Below the pieces are notes generated by a model that was given only the letters and a program-made list of their open reading frames with translations, searched no databases and was not told the origin of the DNA. A stretch of DNA of 64,000 nt from the human T2T-CHM13v2.0 reference genome, Homo sapiens, in NCBI RefSeq assembly GCF_009914755.1, contig NC_060927.1; one strand, written 5' to 3'. Of the stretch, positions 63,001 through 64,000 are shown piece after piece. Position 1 is the stretch's first letter, and every line of letters begins with the position of its first letter. A program made the position numbers and the translations under genes.

Positions 63001-64000
63001 AAAATATGAAAGTACATCAAATATATATTTTTTTCTGTACATAAAATATCAAAGTACACCAGATATATATTCTATAGTGTATATAAAATATCAAAGTACC
63101 CAAACTATACATTATATACTGTACATAAAATATGAAATTACATCAAATATATATTATATTAGGTACATAAAATATGAAAGTACATGAAGTATAGATTATA
63201 TACTGTACATAAAATATCAAAGTACCCCAAATATATATTATATACTATACATGAAATATCAAAGTTCACAAACTATATATTATATACTGTACATAAAATA
63301 TCAAAGTACCCAAGGTATATATTCTATACTGTACAAAAAATATCAAAGTATCCAAAGCATGTTTTATATATTGTATATAAAATATGAAAGTACATTAAAG
63401 ATATATTTTATTCTGTACATAAAATATCAAAATACACCAGATATATATTCTATAGTGTACATAAAATAACAAAGTACACAAACTATAAATTATATACTGT
63501 ACATAAAATATGAAATTACATCAAATATATATTAGGTACATAAAATATGAAAGTACATCAAATATAGATTATATACTGTACATATAATATCAATGTACCC
63601 CAAATATATATTTTATACTCTACATGAAATATCAAAGTTCACAAACCATACATTATATACTGTACATAAAATATCAAAGTACCCAAGTTATATATTCTAT
63701 ACTGTACAAAAGATATCAAAGTACCCAAAGCATGTATTATATACTGTATATAAAATATGAAAGTACATCAAATATATATTATATACTGTACATAAAATAT
63801 CAAAGTACACCAGATATATATTTTATAGTGTACATAAAATATCAAAGTACCCAAACTATACATTATATACTGTACATAAAATATGAGATTACATCAAATA
63901 TATATTATATTAGGTACATAAAATATGAAAGTACATCAGATATAGATTATATACTGTACATAAAATATCAAAGTACCCCAAATATATATTATATACTCTA
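60025..64000 (+). repeat. Tandem duplication, period 2130 bp, running off the window end
   Basis: ORF pairs 60851/62981, 61054/63184 and 61121/63251, and ORF ends 60537/62667. GTACATCAGA at 61801 and 63931. Confidence 0.88.

Larger units (their letters stand above)
1..64000 (+). repeat. HSat1A (Satellite I / SAR) array: 42-bp monomer, 378-bp 9-mer higher-order repeat
   Basis: Continuous 42-bp period with GTAC (RsaI) sites alternating about 17 and 25 bp apart, the classical Satellite I A/B subunits (ACATAAAATAT[CG]AAAGT plus a 25-bp ACCCAAA...TATACTGT). Nine distinguishable monomers recur in a fixed order, read in the open frame as EITSNIYYIR / ESTSNIDYIL / QSTPNIYYIL / MKYQSSQT / QSTQGIYSIL / KKYQSTQSM / ESTSNIYFIL / QSTPDIYSIV / QSTQTIHYIL. 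The unit spacing is 378 bp (e.g. ORF starts 15054 and 15432). The family name rests on recalled knowledge of the HSat1A consensus and its 378-bp periodicity, not on a database search. Confidence 0.96.
35690..64000 (+). repeat. HSat1A domain A' (right): mixed 378/373-bp units with mosaic duplications
   Basis: The 5-bp-deleted monomer 1 (from ~36075) and monomer 8 TTCTATAGTG return. The 751-bp spacing is seen at ORF starts 36061/36812 and 43572/44323/45074. Confidence 0.85.

Noticed and set aside
59-63469. Numerous plus-strand ORFs up to 430 aa (e.g. 40942-42234, 51686-52822, 1497-2582) encoding Y/I/K-rich 14-aa repeats
   Set aside because: The 42-bp monomer is a multiple of 3 and happens to be stop-free in one frame. 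ORF ends coincide with satellite SNVs or indels (TAA in AAATAAC, TAG in TGTAGAT, the 5-bp deletion). There is no unique sequence, domain or gene context.
1-64000. CRISPR-like alternation of a conserved part (CTGTACATAAAATAT) and a variable part
   Set aside because: The variable parts are homologous to each other and recur in a fixed 9-cycle, so they are not unique spacers. There are no cas genes or leader.
1-64000. Alternative identities: alpha satellite, HSat1B, HSat2/3, or an AT-rich microbial/Plasmodium repeat gene
   Set aside because: There is no 171-bp period or CENP-B box, no Alu-derived ~2.4-kb HSat1B unit and no CATTC pentamers. The 17+25-bp RsaI structure and 378-bp 9-mer fit HSat1A.
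1-64000. TATA-box-like and polyadenylation-like motifs (TATAAA, AATAAA)
   Set aside because: These are expected by chance in such AT-rich periodic DNA, and there is no associated gene.
1-64000. Assignment to a specific chromosome (HSat1A is known on chr3, chr4 and the acrocentrics)
   Set aside because: There is no unique flanking sequence. Assignment would need alignment to T2T assemblies.

Overview
The whole 64 kb window is one uninterrupted, single-orientation array of an extremely AT-rich 42-bp tandem satellite (consensus ~ACATAAAATATCAAAGT-ACCCAAACTATATATTATATACTGT), organised as a 9-monomer, 378-bp higher-order unit. This matches human/hominid satellite 1A (HSat1A, classical Satellite I, RepeatMasker SAR), a pericentromeric/acrocentric heterochromatin repeat. 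I found no genes, RNA genes, transposon insertions, CRISPR arrays or strand inversions. Every ORF in the track is a translation artefact of a 42-bp (14-codon) period. I cannot support a new gene-based system here. The real information is the internal architecture. Domain A (1-12.8 kb and 35.7-64 kb) mixes 378-bp and 373-bp units. A distinct subfamily B (12.8-31.5 kb) has its own diagnostic variants, a periodic CpG and non-canonical 14-mer (588-bp) units. An older, more diverged layer (31.6-35.7 kb) holds a likely ancestral copy of the subfamily-B cassette. There are also many young kb-scale tandem duplications (periods 3755, 2477, 3696, 1932, ~1501/1878, 2125, 918, ~1290 and 2130 bp). All boundaries were read by eye and are approximate (within about one monomer). 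The chromosome of origin cannot be determined from the window alone.
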